DNA from: Spironucleus salmonicida
Lineage: Eukaryota
NCBI RefSeq assembly: GCF_000497125.1
Contig: NC_090597.1
Span: 445,797 to 509,796 of the forward strand
Reading direction: 5' to 3'
DNA length: 64,000 nucleotides
This document shows positions 40,238 through 53,824 of this stretch, piece by piece. A model generated the notes under the pieces. The model searched no databases. It saw nothing but the letters and a program-made list of their open reading frames with translations, and had not been told where the DNA came from. A program made the translations under genes and the position numbers. The first letter of the stretch is position 1. Each line of letters starts with the position of its first letter.

Positions 40238-41824
40238 TCACTTTCCACATATTGACTAAATAATGCTTTGAACCGCTAAACAGCACCTGCCCTTATCGCC
40301 TTCGCTAACCTAGCTCATTATATCAGCAAAATCACTATATTCAACTCCTTTTTCCACCTTTCCACATACTTAAATAGAAACTGATATAACGCTCGCGAAA
40401 CTTTTCCGTTCCGGTTTTTTAGCTTTTTTCTGTGAAACGGAAAACGTTTTCGGCGCGTTCCCTTCCTTTGGAGCGCCAACCACCTCGAGGTCCAGAACGC
40501 TCAATTTCGGTTTTTGGGCATGCCCGTTTCCACAATATTTCGCCGCAGAATCCTGGTACGGCTGAGAAACTGCTGAAACTTGTTAGTCGTTCAGCTCGGA
40601 ATCGAACCCACCATCGTCTAATTTTTGCTTGCCCACTGCAACTAAGCCAATTTTGTTGGAAGTAATTATTTTTATCGAACTTTGTAGCGAGCAAAACCTT
40701 TCTGATGAATCTGAATTTTGACTTCCCAGGAGCTGGATTTCGCGATTAGACCGCCCAGACAACTTGCGCGAATGATCTAATTCCGCTCGCGCCACTCCAA
40801 AATTTTCGCTCCTGCCTGGCGATCTCCGGCGTTTTACCGCAGAAACTATCTTCCCTTCCACATAATTTTACTCAATTTTCGTTCCCGCGGTGCGCGAAAC
40901 CAGCAGAGAATCTGCATTTTCCGCTCCTTTTTTAACGACTTTAGCAGAAACTATCAGCGCATCGCTGGCATTTTCCGCACCGTTAGGCCTCCGCGCAGGC
41001 GCTGGTTTCGCAAAAGACTTCTAGAGGGCTTCAGGGATTTCTGCGCTTTCTAAGGAGCGGAAACTCGCTTATATCACTTGGTGAGTTTGTGGTTCATTGA
41101 GTTTTTGTATACCTTGTTTTTTGACGAATTTAGCAGAAACTATCAGCGCATCTACTTACTTTTCCTCTCCTTTTTACTGATATAACGATTTTAAGTGATA
41201 TAACTCTGAAAAATTTTCCCAAAACGCCTCCTTTTCGCCCTCGCTGGCCTCTGCAAAACTGCGCTCTTCTGGCGAAACTTACGGCTTTGATGCCAGCCCA
41301 ATTTCTACTGTTTCCGGCAAATCCGATTTCGCGAGTTTCTCAGAAACTATCAGCGCAAATCGCTCCAGTTCTTACCCTTCCTATTCTTATTTTTAGTAGC
41401 CCCCACTGACACTAAAAGAAGACGAATTTTCGGTCTGAAAATGCGAAATTTCGGCAGTCAAATCCGGCCGCATTTTGGCCTCTGGGGTGCAGCCGATCCA
41501 GAAGTAGTCCTCCAGCGACTGGCTCGAAAAGGCCTCGAAACGGCGGCTGGCGAGCTCCTCGTAGTCCGAGCAGCTCGGTGCGGAAGGGGCGTGCAAATCG
41601 CATGATGGGGGCGGGACTCGTCTATTTGCGGGGTTATTGGGGCTCTGGTGCGATTCTAGGGGTGGCTGGGTTGATTTTGGGGAGTTATCGCTTAATTTCG
41701 CGGTATTGAGCTAATGTGGGTAGGAAATGGAGGTTTATAGGCTATATGGGGCGTGGGTGGCTGCGGGGATGCAGTAGGGCCGAATTACGCCCGTATAGCG
41801 CGATTCTGGTAGCGCGGTGTGCAT
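40238..41824 (-). CDS. Hypothetical low-complexity protein with repeated ALIVS motif, 528 aa
   Basis: Frame checked free of TGA over 1587 nt; stop AAG-TGA. Confidence 0.7.
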
Positions 41825-41990
41825 TTTCTACGTAAAATTATATTATATTATGTATAATAATAATAATCAAAATAAATTGTAAAAGTATAATAATTAATAT
41901 ATATTGTATAATAATTAATATAATTTATAATAAAATATATGTGGATTAGTTGTATAATAATACTAAAAATTAAAGACCACTATTAAATAT

Positions 41991-42314
41991 TCACTGTCTT
42001 CTGGGTTTTGGTAAAAATTTTTAAAGTGGTGAAACTAGGGCCTCCAACTGCCCAAATTCCTCATCTAGCCCGTCCGTGACATTGGCACCTAACGGCCTCA
42101 GCTTTGCAGTCGTGTGCGGCGTGGATGGTGCAGAAATCTATTCGTCAAAATCGCGCATAGAGAGAACTTTCGGCAGTCCGCACCTAAGCTTTTTACCTGT
42201 GGACATGTTAGGCAGAATTTGAGGAATAGTAGTGAATGATTTTCGCTGCAGAAGGCGAACTGCAGCTCGCTGTTACTTTGGTGTTTTTGGATCGTCAAAA
42301 TAATTTTAGTTCAT
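41991..42314 (-). CDS. Hypothetical protein, 107 aa
   Basis: MNQNYFDDPKTPK...; GC-elevated open frame ending CAG-TGA. Confidence 0.6.
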
Positions 42315-42368
42315 TTCTGGTTTTTGTAGCTTTTAAATATTTCTTATTATAAAATAATTAATATTAAA

Positions 42369-43118
42369 ATGTAAAAAATGTAAAAGAAAGGTAAGAGAAA
42401 ACAAAAGTACGTACTTCTGAAGCTTTCACAAAATCTTTAGCGGTACGGTATCGATATTCATCAAAATAATTGCTTGGATTTGAACTAAGCTATAAACTAA
42501 TATAATTCTAAAATTCTAATGCAGCCTGTCTTGGAAAACAGTTCGTCAGCATCTGCTGGAGATTAGCCTTATATCAATAGACTTAAGACAACACATATTA
42601 ATTTTCTCTCTATGGCGAAGGGGCTCATTTTCTACAAGGTTAAACCCCTTATGGAATCCAAATTGTTGCAATATAAGCCTTTGGAGGCCTTTGAATATGC
42701 TATTTTATTTGGAAAAATAAAAACTATCGGTAACGTTAAATTTATTATAATGCTAGCGCAGGATTTTAAGTTCCTTAAGGACTAAAGTTAGTTCCCCAAG
42801 GTTCTTGAATCAGAGATAAACAAAATTGAGCTTAAAATACCAAAATCAAAGACATTAACTACAGTTACGGACGAAAAATAGATTATACTTGTGAAGACCA
42901 CCAAATATATCAAGCGAGAGCTGGAATCTATGCGGTTACTTATCGATGATGGAGTCTAGTTTTACACTTACTTATTATTTCTTAAATGGTAAATTTTTCC
43001 AGATAACTATCTCATTTATTTGAAGAACTAGCCAATTTCAGAATGGATATTAGAGAAACTTACCCCTCTTATCAGTAAAGTAAAGATAGTAGGTCTGAGA
43101 AATGTTTAACATGAGTGA
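42369..43118 (+). CDS. Hypothetical protein, 249 aa
   Basis: MQKMQKKGKRKQK...; 750-nt TGA-free frame ending GAG-TGA, divergent from the previous gene. Confidence 0.7.
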
Positions 43119-44075
43119 CTATAGAATATTTTAATACTCTAGACTTTTCACTTTACATGTTAAATATAAATGCATAACTTTTTTATGTACAGAACTTGCT
43201 AGTATCTAGTACATATTAAAACAATTTCATAAAAGTATGATGCATTTTAATTAAGGCAATATACTTAATTCTAATTATATTTTATAATTGTTCATGTAAT
43301 AAAATTATAATTTTAAGCTTATCTATACATAGATATTATATTGATAAACAAATACATTTAACAGATTTTCTCAATTTTATATTAAGAATAATAAAAAATT
43401 TATAAACAGTATTAATAATTATTATATAATTATTAATACATTTTTGAAAAATATATTACTATCTTTATAATTTCTACGTTCTTTGTGAATTAAATAATAC
43501 AGTGTGTATGATAATAATCTATATTAATAAAATTATTAATAATAATAGTTTTATAAATTATTAATAAATTAGAAAAGTTTAAATGTATGTTTCTTAAATA
43601 AATTTGTCTATATATTTGTAATTTACTTATATTTATAAATTGAATTCTCTTCCTAATAAAATTATATGTTACACTGTTTTGAGTGTAATCTCATTAAAAA
43701 GTTCTGATACTAAAAGATATTATTATATATATACTAATATAAATCACATATACATAAACTAGTAAATCCTGAGGGTTGTGTAAACGTACTACTGTAACAA
43801 TTTATTGCTTATTTCAATTAAAAAAAACTAAGTACAAAATGATAATTACCATAATTATTTTATTTTATAAAATGATTATTATTTCTAAATATATAATATT
43901 AAATTTATCTATGTATTGGTAATATTTTAAAAAACGAAAACACTTAAACAAAATTGATTTTACAAATTTTAAACAATATAATGAGTTGTACTCAATTTCT
44001 TAGAAGGAAGTTGTGATATACTTATGCGACTTTTAAAAATTTATTATTTTTAAAAATATAATTTCTTTCCTTTAA

Positions 44076-44348
44076 ATGAGTAGACATCATTGGACACTAG
44101 ACTAACGCGAGAAATTGTTCGCATTTGTAGATGAATACGGACCAGCTTGGGCCTTATGCCGTGAAAAAATATTTCCTAGTCTAACAATTCCTTAAATTAA
44201 ATTTAAGTATTATACAGACTAACGCAAAAATAGAGATGAAACTATTAAGAAAAATATATCGTACTTAACAGAGAGGAATATGAAGTCAGATTGTTTAGAT
44301 TCCGAAATAGTGGATCTTATGATTAAAATTTAATAATTAAATAAATGA
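44076..44348 (+). CDS. Small Myb/SANT-like DNA-binding protein, 90 aa
   Basis: MSRHHWTLDQREKLFAFVDEYGPAWALCREKIFPSLTIPQIKFKYY shows the W...G..W...FP..T..Q Myb pattern. Confidence 0.8.
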
Positions 44349-44500
44349 TATGAAAATTCTGATTCATTGATATTAATATTTTTAAAAATAAGGTTTAAAA
44401 GTGAAAACAGTTATTATTTTCATAATATCAAATAAAATATTTATTGGGTATATGTATTATACTTTTACTGTACTTTTTATATCTTATGCATAATCTATCT

Positions 44501-44501
44501 A

Positions 44502-44556
<55 letters not shown>
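44501..44556. repeat. (ATAA)14 microsatellite
   Basis: Perfect tetranucleotide run. Confidence 0.95.
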
Positions 44557-44876
44557 AACATGAAAAATTATGGTAATTAGTATGTATAATACAACTATAA
44601 TGAAGTTTAAAAATAATTTATTTTTTATCTAACTTTATTTAATGCTAATTTGAGAAGCACTGAGTCACTTTATGATTATATAATACAAAAATTCTTAGTT
44701 ATATTTTAATTATTTAGCTAATTTTATAAATTTATTATTAAATAACTTATTTCCAGTTAATAAATTATACTAGTTATATATTGCATAAATATTTTCTACG
44801 ATCCTGATTTTCTAACAGTAATTATCAACTAATGTTTGAAATATAAGAATTTTCATTTAATACGCCCACGTCTAGG

Positions 44877-45887
44877 ATGACGATAATTCTGATCTGCGTG
44901 GCCTTCGCGGGCTGCGCGAACGGCCTCTTCTTCCCCACCGCCATCGGGGTTGCGGCCTCCCTGGACGTGAGCTTCATCGCCGCCTTCAATGCTGGGTCGG
45001 GAATCGCCGGTATAGTTGCCCAGGTGCTCAAGGTGATCACGAAGCCCATCATCCCCTTCAACAGCAAGGCCCCCACCTTCGACTCCGTGCTGTACTACAC
45101 CACCGTGGCCTACTACATCATCGCCGCTATCTTCGTGCTCGTGACCTACTTCGCCTACTTCTGGCTCGTCAAGAACTACGGCGCTGACAAGATCGAGTTC
45201 GACGCCGCCGACCGCCAGAAGTACTTCACGCGCGACAAGAGCGCCGCCAAGGAGGTCGCCGCCCCCGGCACCACCTTCTTCGACGCGGTCAAGAACTTGT
45301 GGATGCCCGGCGTCTCGCTCTTCCTCATCTTCTTCGTCACCCTCACCCTGTTCCCCGCCATCACCATCCAGATCCTGTGCTACTCCATGTTCAAGACCAA
45401 CGAGTCCGGCAAGTACGGCGACTGGTGGTCCATCATCATGTTCTCCTGGTTCATGGTCGGCGACTGGGTCGGCCGGCAGTTCCCCTCCTGGAAGTGGGGG
45501 CTCAGCATCTGGAACGTCAAGACGCTCTTCATCGCCGCCATCGTCAGGCTCGCCTTCATCGCGCTCTTCATCATCCAGATCGTGCCCTACTACCACTGGC
45601 CTGCCGGTACCGCTTCGCCTGCTGCAGCTGGCACCGCCCCCGACGGCCTTCCCCTCGTCCACAACGACCTGGTGGCCTGGATCGTGATGATCCTCTTCGC
45701 GGTGTCCAACGGCTGGTTCATGTGCGCCATCTTCTGCAAGTACGGCAGCATCATGAAGCCCGAGACCAACGGCACGCACGCCGCCAACTTCATGACCCTC
45801 TGCCTCAACATGGGCCTCCTCTTCGGCAGCTCGCTCGGCACCGTCGTGTCCATCATAATTGATAGCGCGAAGGCCAGTCTGGGCTGA
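44877..45887 (+). pseudogene. 5'-truncated copy of the equilibrative nucleoside transporter (336 aa from an internal Met)
   Basis: Matches the C-terminal 336 aa of 53825-55177 but lacks the first 114 codons; the duplication breakpoint lies 3 nt before the ATG. Confidence 0.75.
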
Positions 45888-46066
45888 GAGTGAACGTAAT
45901 TATCCTTTAGCAAGTGCGGGCCATCCCATCCCACCCGCCGCAGCGCTGCCCGCTCAGTCGCATATACTATATATCCCGCCGTGCATATTTCGCCAGCCTG
46001 AAAAACGGGAGCGAAGTAGTCCCCTCCATATAATAACGGCATATTCCGGTCATTCCTAATTTCCGC

Positions 46067-47176
46067 ATGCCGAACCAGCCGTCCAAGTCGAAGTACAAGT
46101 TTCTTGCGAAAAAGGGCGCCGGCGCGTTCGCGGACGTGATCGAGGCCCTGAACACCACGAACCAGGAGAGGGTCGCCATCAAGCGCATGAAGCAGCCGTA
46201 CGAGTCCGTGGAGCAGATAACCAAGCTGAAGGAGCTGAAAGTCCTCAAAAACCTGCGGAGCAAGCCCAACATAGTCCAGCTGCAGGAAATCCTCTTCGAC
46301 CGCGCCTCGGGAAAGCTGGCCCTCGTGTTCGAGCTCCTGGACATGAACCTTTACGAGATCATCAAGGACCTTCCGCAGCCGCTACCGGCCAACCTGGCGA
46401 AGTTCTACTGCTTCCAGGCAGCCTGCTCCCTGACGACGCTGCACGAGAACCACTTCTTCCACCGGGACATAAAGCCGGAGAACTTCCTGATGAAGAAGTA
46501 CGGGAATGCGTTCGTCCTCAAGCTGGCCGACTTCGGGTCCGCCACGGAGAAGACCAACGCCCCTCCGCTGACGGAGTACATTTCCACGCGCTGGTATCGT
46601 GCCCCGGAGATCCTGCTAACCGACGGGGACTACTCGTTTGAGATCGACATATTCGCGCTGGGATGCGTATTTTTCGAGGTATGCACCAACTTCCCGCTGT
46701 TCCCCGGGAAGGACGAGGTGGACCAGCTGCAGCGGATTCACAAAGTGTGCGGCGTGCCGGGCGTGGATGTGTTCACGCGCATCCGACGGAACGCAACTCG
46801 AAACCCCATCAAGACGAGCTTCATGCAGCAACAGGGCGTCGGGGTAGGAAAGTGGATTAAAAACAAGGACGCCAGCCACACGATCGAGGGCATGATCCAG
46901 TATGACCCGAAGCTGCGGATGACGATCTAGGATGTGCTGGCGTCCGAGTGGTTCGCAGATATGGGATAGATCCTAGAGGTGGTTAAGGGGGACCTTCCTG
47001 CGGAGCACTATGAGCTTCTGCGAGGGTTTGTATCAAAGAGAGCCGATCTTCCAGGAGTCCAAGCTAAAAAGACTAGCTACAAGGTGAAAAGAGAGCCGAC
47101 AAAAGGGCACGCTGCACAAGATAATGGGATCAAGCTGCCAACAATAGTAGTAAAAGGCTAGAAAGCCAAATAGTGA
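46067..47176 (+). CDS. MOK: CMGC/RCK kinase (MOK-like), 369 aa, copy 1
   Basis: GAGAFA, VAIK, HRDIKPEN, DFG and TEYISTRWYRAPEILLTDG; extends via TAG=Gln to TAG-TGA ending at 47176. Confidence 0.85.
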
Positions 47177-47244
47177 AAGATTTCGGGCTTTCTTTCGGAT
47201 GGCTTATAATATTCTGTATTGTCATATTATATTCAGTTCGTAAA

Positions 47245-47499
47245 ATGGGAGCCATAGCCTCGATTCTTCGATCCGGCAAACCACCGCCTTCTAATAGACA
47301 TAAAGTGCCTAATGAGAGGATGATAAAAGAGGTAGTGTCTGTACAAAGTCCAGCCCCCGCCATCCAGCCCATGGAAGTAAGCTAGGACTCTGCTAGCTAA
47401 TTCCTAGTCCTCCCGTCGACCATCCTCATGGCGGGTGGTCCAAAAGGATAGATAGCAGATAATAGGTGTGTGGCTTCAACAGACGAAAAGTTTATCTGA
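47245..47499 (+). CDS. Small hypothetical protein with MGxxxS N-terminus, 84 aa, copy 1
   Basis: MGAIASILRSGKPPP... runs to TGA and fills the gap between the kinase and the transporter. Confidence 0.5.
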
Positions 47500-47560
47500 G
47501 GTGTGGATATGTATCGTTTTCTGATATACGGTAATATATATATGTATCAGTATTCTAAAA

Positions 47561-49021
47561 ATGGATGGAGCACCGCATGAACAGATTCTTGTTGATGCAT
47601 CGTAGGTGGTCCTAAAAATACCTGCTCTAAAGCTGGTTTTTATCTCAGTTTGGCCTGTTTTGGTTTCTGGTGTCGTTTATTGTGCATAGTAATTTATCTC
47701 GATGTATTTTTTACAGGCCTTTGTGATTCCAGACCAGCCATACATCTTAGTTGTACTATTTGCCGGAATAACCTTGTTCTAAGCTTTTCCAGGAAGTATC
47801 TGGGAGCAATTCTCTTAGATCGCCAGCCAGACACTCTTTGTTAATGACCTGGAAACAGCCGATAACCTTAATCTAATATCAATCAATTTATCCATATGCT
47901 GGACAGTTATCTCATTGATTATTTTCTACCCCATCTGCTATTTTGTTGTTACCAAATATAACATGCCTGAAACAATCCGACCACTGCTATATACAACATT
48001 TGCACTTACGGGACCATTCTCAGCACTGACTGTTGGATAGGAGTTTCGGTACCAAGTTGAGGAAAGAGTTCTTTTGGGATCATCTATCACTATATTTTTA
48101 GCTATCATTTTCATCAGTATTGAAATGTTCCTTTATGTAACCTTCTTTCCTAGCTCAGCATGGCCAACCGCAGTCGCTTATGTATTGACAAATGTTCTAA
48201 TATCAACATGGACTGTTGTATGGAATCAGAAAGTCACAGTTTTGGGCATCAAGAACAAGACTATTATTACTACTACCTGGAAAGATATTGCCAACTTTAA
48301 GAAACTGAAAGGATTCTTGCACTAGATGGGTTAGTTTTTATTCAGCAGCATACTGATCCTTCCTTTAAAGTTAGCACTACCAGTGGGTATATTCCTTGGG
48401 GCGACCTTGACCTAAAACTCCCCTAACGCGAAGGCCCAAGGATACAAACTCTTAGTATTCTCGTTTTACGGATAAATATTTCGGGTGGTTCCGCAAGCTA
48501 TTTCTAAATTTTTCATGAAAGTAACTCTTATCTGCATCAAAGAGAATCACCACCGTCGCATCAACGAGCTCATTCTCCACTCGATTATTTTGTGTGCAAT
48601 CATTAATGGAGTAATCATGCTCCTAATGATATTTCTCCCTATTATTTAAGTTTTTCTCCCCGCAAATGAAGGACTTCCTGACATAAAAGATCCTATTTTA
48701 CATACTGGGATTTCTGGGTTTGGGTAGATTGCCACAGAAATAGCAGTATCCCTAGCAATGGCACATAGACACTATCCAATTATAGCCTCGTTAGGATGTT
48801 TGAAACTGGTATAAGAATTCTTAAATTGGTACCTTTTCACTAAATACGTAGGTGAAACAGATACTTTTTATAAGATACCCCTTTATGGAGAGCTAAACTC
48901 TAGTATTGCCGGCTTGTTTATTATCATATGCTACTGTGTGTGGTTTTAGAAAAAGGGTAAGACCGAAGTAAATACACCTAGCAAGAAACACTCATAGCAC
49001 AAGTCAAACTAAAAAAAGTGA
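47561..49021 (+). CDS. Multi-pass membrane protein, MATE-like topology, 486 aa, copy 1
   Basis: 1461-nt TGA-free frame with about 12 hydrophobic segments in two halves; stop AAG-TGA. Confidence 0.65.
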
Positions 49022-49036
49022 TATTTCGTATGTACT

Positions 49037-49261
49037 TCACTTCAAAGCTACTCCACTCTTAATCCCTGCCAAGTGCCCGATAACATCGTAGTTGAATTTT
49101 TCTAACATATCGCCATCAATTCCCTGTATGAAAGCTTCCTGGACCTGCTATATATTTTAAACGCTACTTATATCTCTCCAGAATGGGATCACGCCTCTAT
49201 TCCAGTCTCTGACTACAGATATGGCCACCTCATCCTGGTCTACAATGCCTCCATGTTTAAT
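49037..49261 (-). pseudogene. 3' fragment of the GNL3/Nug1 GTPase carried in the duplicated arm
   Basis: Reverse complement of 50451-50675; no start codon. Confidence 0.8.
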
Positions 49262-49373
49262 TTTTCAAACTAATAAATTATATAAGATTCTAAACTTTAT
49301 CTATTTTTAAATTATTATATTATATACTATATAATAACTATATAAAATCCCTTTCCTTCACCCGTTCCACCAA

Positions 49374-50675
49374 ATGCCTAAGAAATAACACAAGTCTAAG
49401 CGCAGAGCATCATTAAAAGAGGTTAGAGCAGAAAAACGTCATCAATCTGATGTCAGACGTAAAACTAACAAAGATGTTAAAAAAGGTAAGGCCCCTAGAA
49501 AAATTTTATTGAAAGATCCAGCACTTCCTAATATTGATCCATTGAAAGCAAAAATTATGCGCTAATTATTAAATAATGCAGAAAAAATTACACCAACAGA
49601 TATGCAGCGAGCTATGGCCTAAAAATTTGCGGTTGATGTTGTGAATGCGGAGTAAGAAATTAGAGATATCTAAGATGACATATTTAATTCTGGAGATGTA
49701 TTCCTTAAAGAAAAGAACTTAAGAAAACAATAATTTAAGACAGAATTAAACTAAGTTGTTCAATAATCTGATGTAATTCTTTAGGTTCTAGATGCTAGAG
49801 ATCCAGAAAATACTAGAAATGGGGAGTTGGAGTAACTTTGTCGTACTCTTAAGAAACCCTTTGTATTATTGCTTAATAAAATTGATTTGGTTCCATCCAA
49901 TGTCATATAATAATATGTTAATTATTATAAATCTCTACACATCCCTTCTATACTTTTTAAAGCTCCATAAATTGTTGGAAAGTCTTCTGTTCGTTATGCT
50001 TCTGCATAAACAGGTTTATCTGACAAAACTGCTTGCGTTGGAGCTTTTGAGCTTAAAAGACTACTTCACTCTTTATGTCCTGGTGAACGTGCTGTTGCAT
50101 GTTGCGTTGGTTATCCAAATACAGGAAAATCTTCAGTTATTAACGCATTAGCTAATAGGGCATGCTGTTTAGCAGCTCCAATACCTGGTTAAACCAGAAA
50201 TATTAAGGAAATCCATATTGATAAAAAACTTAGATTATTAGATTGTCCTGGTGTTGTTTTCGATACGAGATAGAATGTTATCCTTAGAGAAGAATTATTA
50301 GAGGATCCAATTGGTGAGGTAGGTAGATTATTAGGCATGGTAGGAAAGATTTCCGATGTTTATAATGTTTATACTCTGGAGTTTTAAGAGTTAGACCCAG
50401 AATCATAATTAAGAGACTTTTTGGTTAAATTGGGTAAGAAATTAGGTAAGATTAAACATGGAGGCATTGTAGACCAGGATGAGGTGGCCATATCTGTAGT
50501 CAGAGACTGGAATAGAGGCGTGATCCCATTCTGGAGAGATATAAGTAGCGTTTAAAATATATAGCAGGTCCAGGAAGCTTTCATACAGGGAATTGATGGC
50601 GATATGTTAGAAAAATTCAACTACGATGTTATCGGGCACTTGGCAGGGATTAAGAGTGGAGTAGCTTTGAAGTGA
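49374..50675 (+). CDS. GNL3L: Nucleolar circularly permuted GTPase (GNL3/GNL3L/Nug1 family), 433 aa
   Basis: Basic N-terminus MPKKQHKSKR...KDPALPN, then VLDARDP, NKIDL (G4), GYPNTGKSS (G1) and DCPG (G3). C-rich tract before the ATG; stop AAG-TGA. Confidence 0.88.
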
Positions 50676-50690
50676 AGTACATACGAAATA

Positions 50691-52151
50691 TCACTTTTTT
50701 TAGTTTGACTTGTGCTATGAGTGTTTCTTGCTAGGTGTATTTACTTCGGTCTTACCCTTTTTCTAAAACCACACACAGTAGCATATGATAATAAACAAGC
50801 CGGCAATACTAGAGTTTAGCTCTCCATAAAGGGGTATCTTATAAAAAGTATCTGTTTCACCTACGTATTTAGTGAAAAGGTACCAATTTAAGAATTCTTA
50901 TACCAGTTTCAAACATCCTAACGAGGCTATAATTGGATAGTGTCTATGTGCCATTGCTAGGGATACTGCTATTTCTGTGGCAATCTACCCAAACCCAGAA
51001 ATCCCAGTATGTAAAATAGGATCTTTTATGTCAGGAAGTCCTTCATTTGCGGGGAGAAAAACTTAAATAATAGGGAGAAATATCATTAGGAGCATGATTA
51101 CTCCATTAATGATTGCACACAAAATAATCGAGTGGAGAATGAGCTCGTTGATGCGACGGTGGTGATTCTCTTTGATGCAGATAAGAGTTACTTTCATGAA
51201 AAATTTAGAAATAGCTTGCGGAACCACCCGAAATATTTATCCGTAAAACGAGAATACTAAGAGTTTGTATCCTTGGGCCTTCGCGTTAGGGGAGTTTTAG
51301 GTCAAGGTCGCCCCAAGGAATATACCCACTGGTAGTGCTAACTTTAAAGGAAGGATCAGTATGCTGCTGAATAAAAACTAACCCATCTAGTGCAAGAATC
51401 CTTTCAGTTTCTTAAAGTTGGCAATATCTTTCCAGGTAGTAGTAATAATAGTCTTGTTCTTGATGCCCAAAACTGTGACTTTCTGATTCCATACAACAGT
51501 CCATGTTGATATTAGAACATTTGTCAATACATAAGCGACTGCGGTTGGCCATGCTGAGCTAGGAAAGAAGGTTACATAAAGGAACATTTCAATACTGATG
51601 AAAATGATAGCTAAAAATATAGTGATAGATGATCCCAAAAGAACTCTTTCCTCAACTTGGTACCGAAACTCCTATCCAACAGTCAGTGCTGAGAATGGTC
51701 CCGTAAGTGCAAATGTTGTATATAGCAGTGGTCGGATTGTTTCAGGCATGTTATATTTGGTAACAACAAAATAGCAGATGGGGTAGAAAATAATCAATGA
51801 GATAACTGTCCAGCATATGGATAAATTGATTGATATTAGATTAAGGTTATCGGCTGTTTCCAGGTCATTAACAAAGAGTGTCTGGCTGGCGATCTAAGAG
51901 AATTGCTCCCAGATACTTCCTGGAAAAGCTTAGAACAAGGTTATTCCGGCAAATAGTACAACTAAGATGTATGGCTGGTCTGGAATCACAAAGGCCTGTA
52001 AAAAATACATCGAGATAAATTACTATGCACAATAAACGACACCAGAAACCAAAACAGGCCAAACTGAGATAAAAACCAGCTTTAGAGCAGGTATTTTTAG
52101 GACCACCTACGATGCATCAACAAGAATCTGTTCATGCGGTGCTCCATCCAT
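50691..52151 (-). CDS. Multi-pass membrane protein, MATE-like, copy 2
   Basis: Mirror of 47561-49021. Confidence 0.65.
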
Positions 52152-52212
52152 TTTTAGAATACTGATACATATATATATTACCGTATATCAGAAAACGATA
52201 CATATCCACACC

Positions 52213-52467
52213 TCAGATAAACTTTTCGTCTGTTGAAGCCACACACCTATTATCTGCTATCTATCCTTTTGGACCACCCGCCATGAGGATGGTCGACGGG
52301 AGGACTAGGAATTAGCTAGCAGAGTCCTAGCTTACTTCCATGGGCTGGATGGCGGGGGCTGGACTTTGTACAGACACTACCTCTTTTATCATCCTCTCAT
52401 TAGGCACTTTATGTCTATTAGAAGGCGGTGGTTTGCCGGATCGAAGAATCGAGGCTATGGCTCCCAT
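52213..52467 (-). CDS. Small hypothetical protein, copy 2
   Basis: Mirror of 47245-47499. Confidence 0.5.
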
Positions 52468-52535
52468 TTTACGAACTGAATATAATATGACAATACAGAA
52501 TATTATAAGCCATCCGAAAGAAAGCCCGAAATCTT

Positions 52536-53645
52536 TCACTATTTGGCTTTCTAGCCTTTTACTACTATTGTTGGCAGCTTGATCCCATTATCTTGTGCAG
52601 CGTGCCCTTTTGTCGGCTCTCTTTTCACCTTGTAGCTAGTCTTTTTAGCTTGGACTCCTGGAAGATCGGCTCTCTTTGATACAAACCCTCGCAGAAGCTC
52701 ATAGTGCTCCGCAGGAAGGTCCCCCTTAACCACCTCTAGGATCTATCCCATATCTGCGAACCACTCGGACGCCAGCACATCCTAGATCGTCATCCGCAGC
52801 TTCGGGTCATACTGGATCATGCCCTCGATCGTGTGGCTGGCGTCCTTGTTTTTAATCCACTTTCCTACCCCGACGCCCTGTTGCTGCATGAAGCTCGTCT
52901 TGATGGGGTTTCGAGTTGCGTTCCGTCGGATGCGCGTGAACACATCCACGCCCGGCACGCCGCACACTTTGTGAATCCGCTGCAGCTGGTCCACCTCGTC
53001 CTTCCCGGGGAACAGCGGGAAGTTGGTGCATACCTCGAAAAATACGCATCCCAGCGCGAATATGTCGATCTCAAACGAGTAGTCCCCGTCGGTTAGCAGG
53101 ATCTCCGGGGCACGATACCAGCGCGTGGAAATGTACTCCGTCAGCGGAGGGGCGTTGGTCTTCTCCGTGGCGGACCCGAAGTCGGCCAGCTTGAGGACGA
53201 ACGCATTCCCGTACTTCTTCATCAGGAAGTTCTCCGGCTTTATGTCCCGGTGGAAGAAGTGGTTCTCGTGCAGCGTCGCCAGGGAGCAGGCTGCCTGGAA
53301 GCAGTAGAACTTCGCCAGGTTGGCCGGTAGCGGCTGCGGAAGGTCCTTGATGATCTCGTAAAGGTTCATGTCCAGGAGCTCGAACACGAGGGCCAGCTTT
53401 CCCGAGGCGCGGTCGAAGAGGATTTCCTGCAGCTGGACTATGTTGGGCTTGCTCCGCAGGTTTTTGAGGACTTTCAGCTCCTTCAGCTTGGTTATCTGCT
53501 CCACGGACTCGTACGGCTGCTTCATGCGCTTGATGGCGACCCTCTCCTGGTTCGTGGTGTTCAGGGCCTCGATCACGTCCGCGAACGCGCCGGCGCCCTT
53601 TTTCGCAAGAAACTTGTACTTCGACTTGGACGGCTGGTTCGGCAT
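52536..53645 (-). CDS. MOK: CMGC/RCK kinase (MOK-like), copy 2
   Basis: Mirror of 46067-47176 with one T/A substitution. Confidence 0.85.
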
Positions 53646-53824
53646 GCGGAAATTAGGAATGACCGGAATATGCCGTTATTATATGGAGGGGACTACTTCG
53701 CTCCCGTTTTTCAGGCTGGCGAAATATGCACGGCGGGATATATAGTATATGCGACTGAGCGGGCAGCGCTGCGGCGGGTGGGATGGGATGGCCCGCACTT
53801 GCTAAAGGATAATTACGTTCACTC

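Larger units (their letters stand above)
44874..49261. repeat. Left arm of 4388-bp inverted duplication
   Basis: Reverse complement of 50451-54838 (paired coordinates sum to 99712). Confidence 0.97.
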
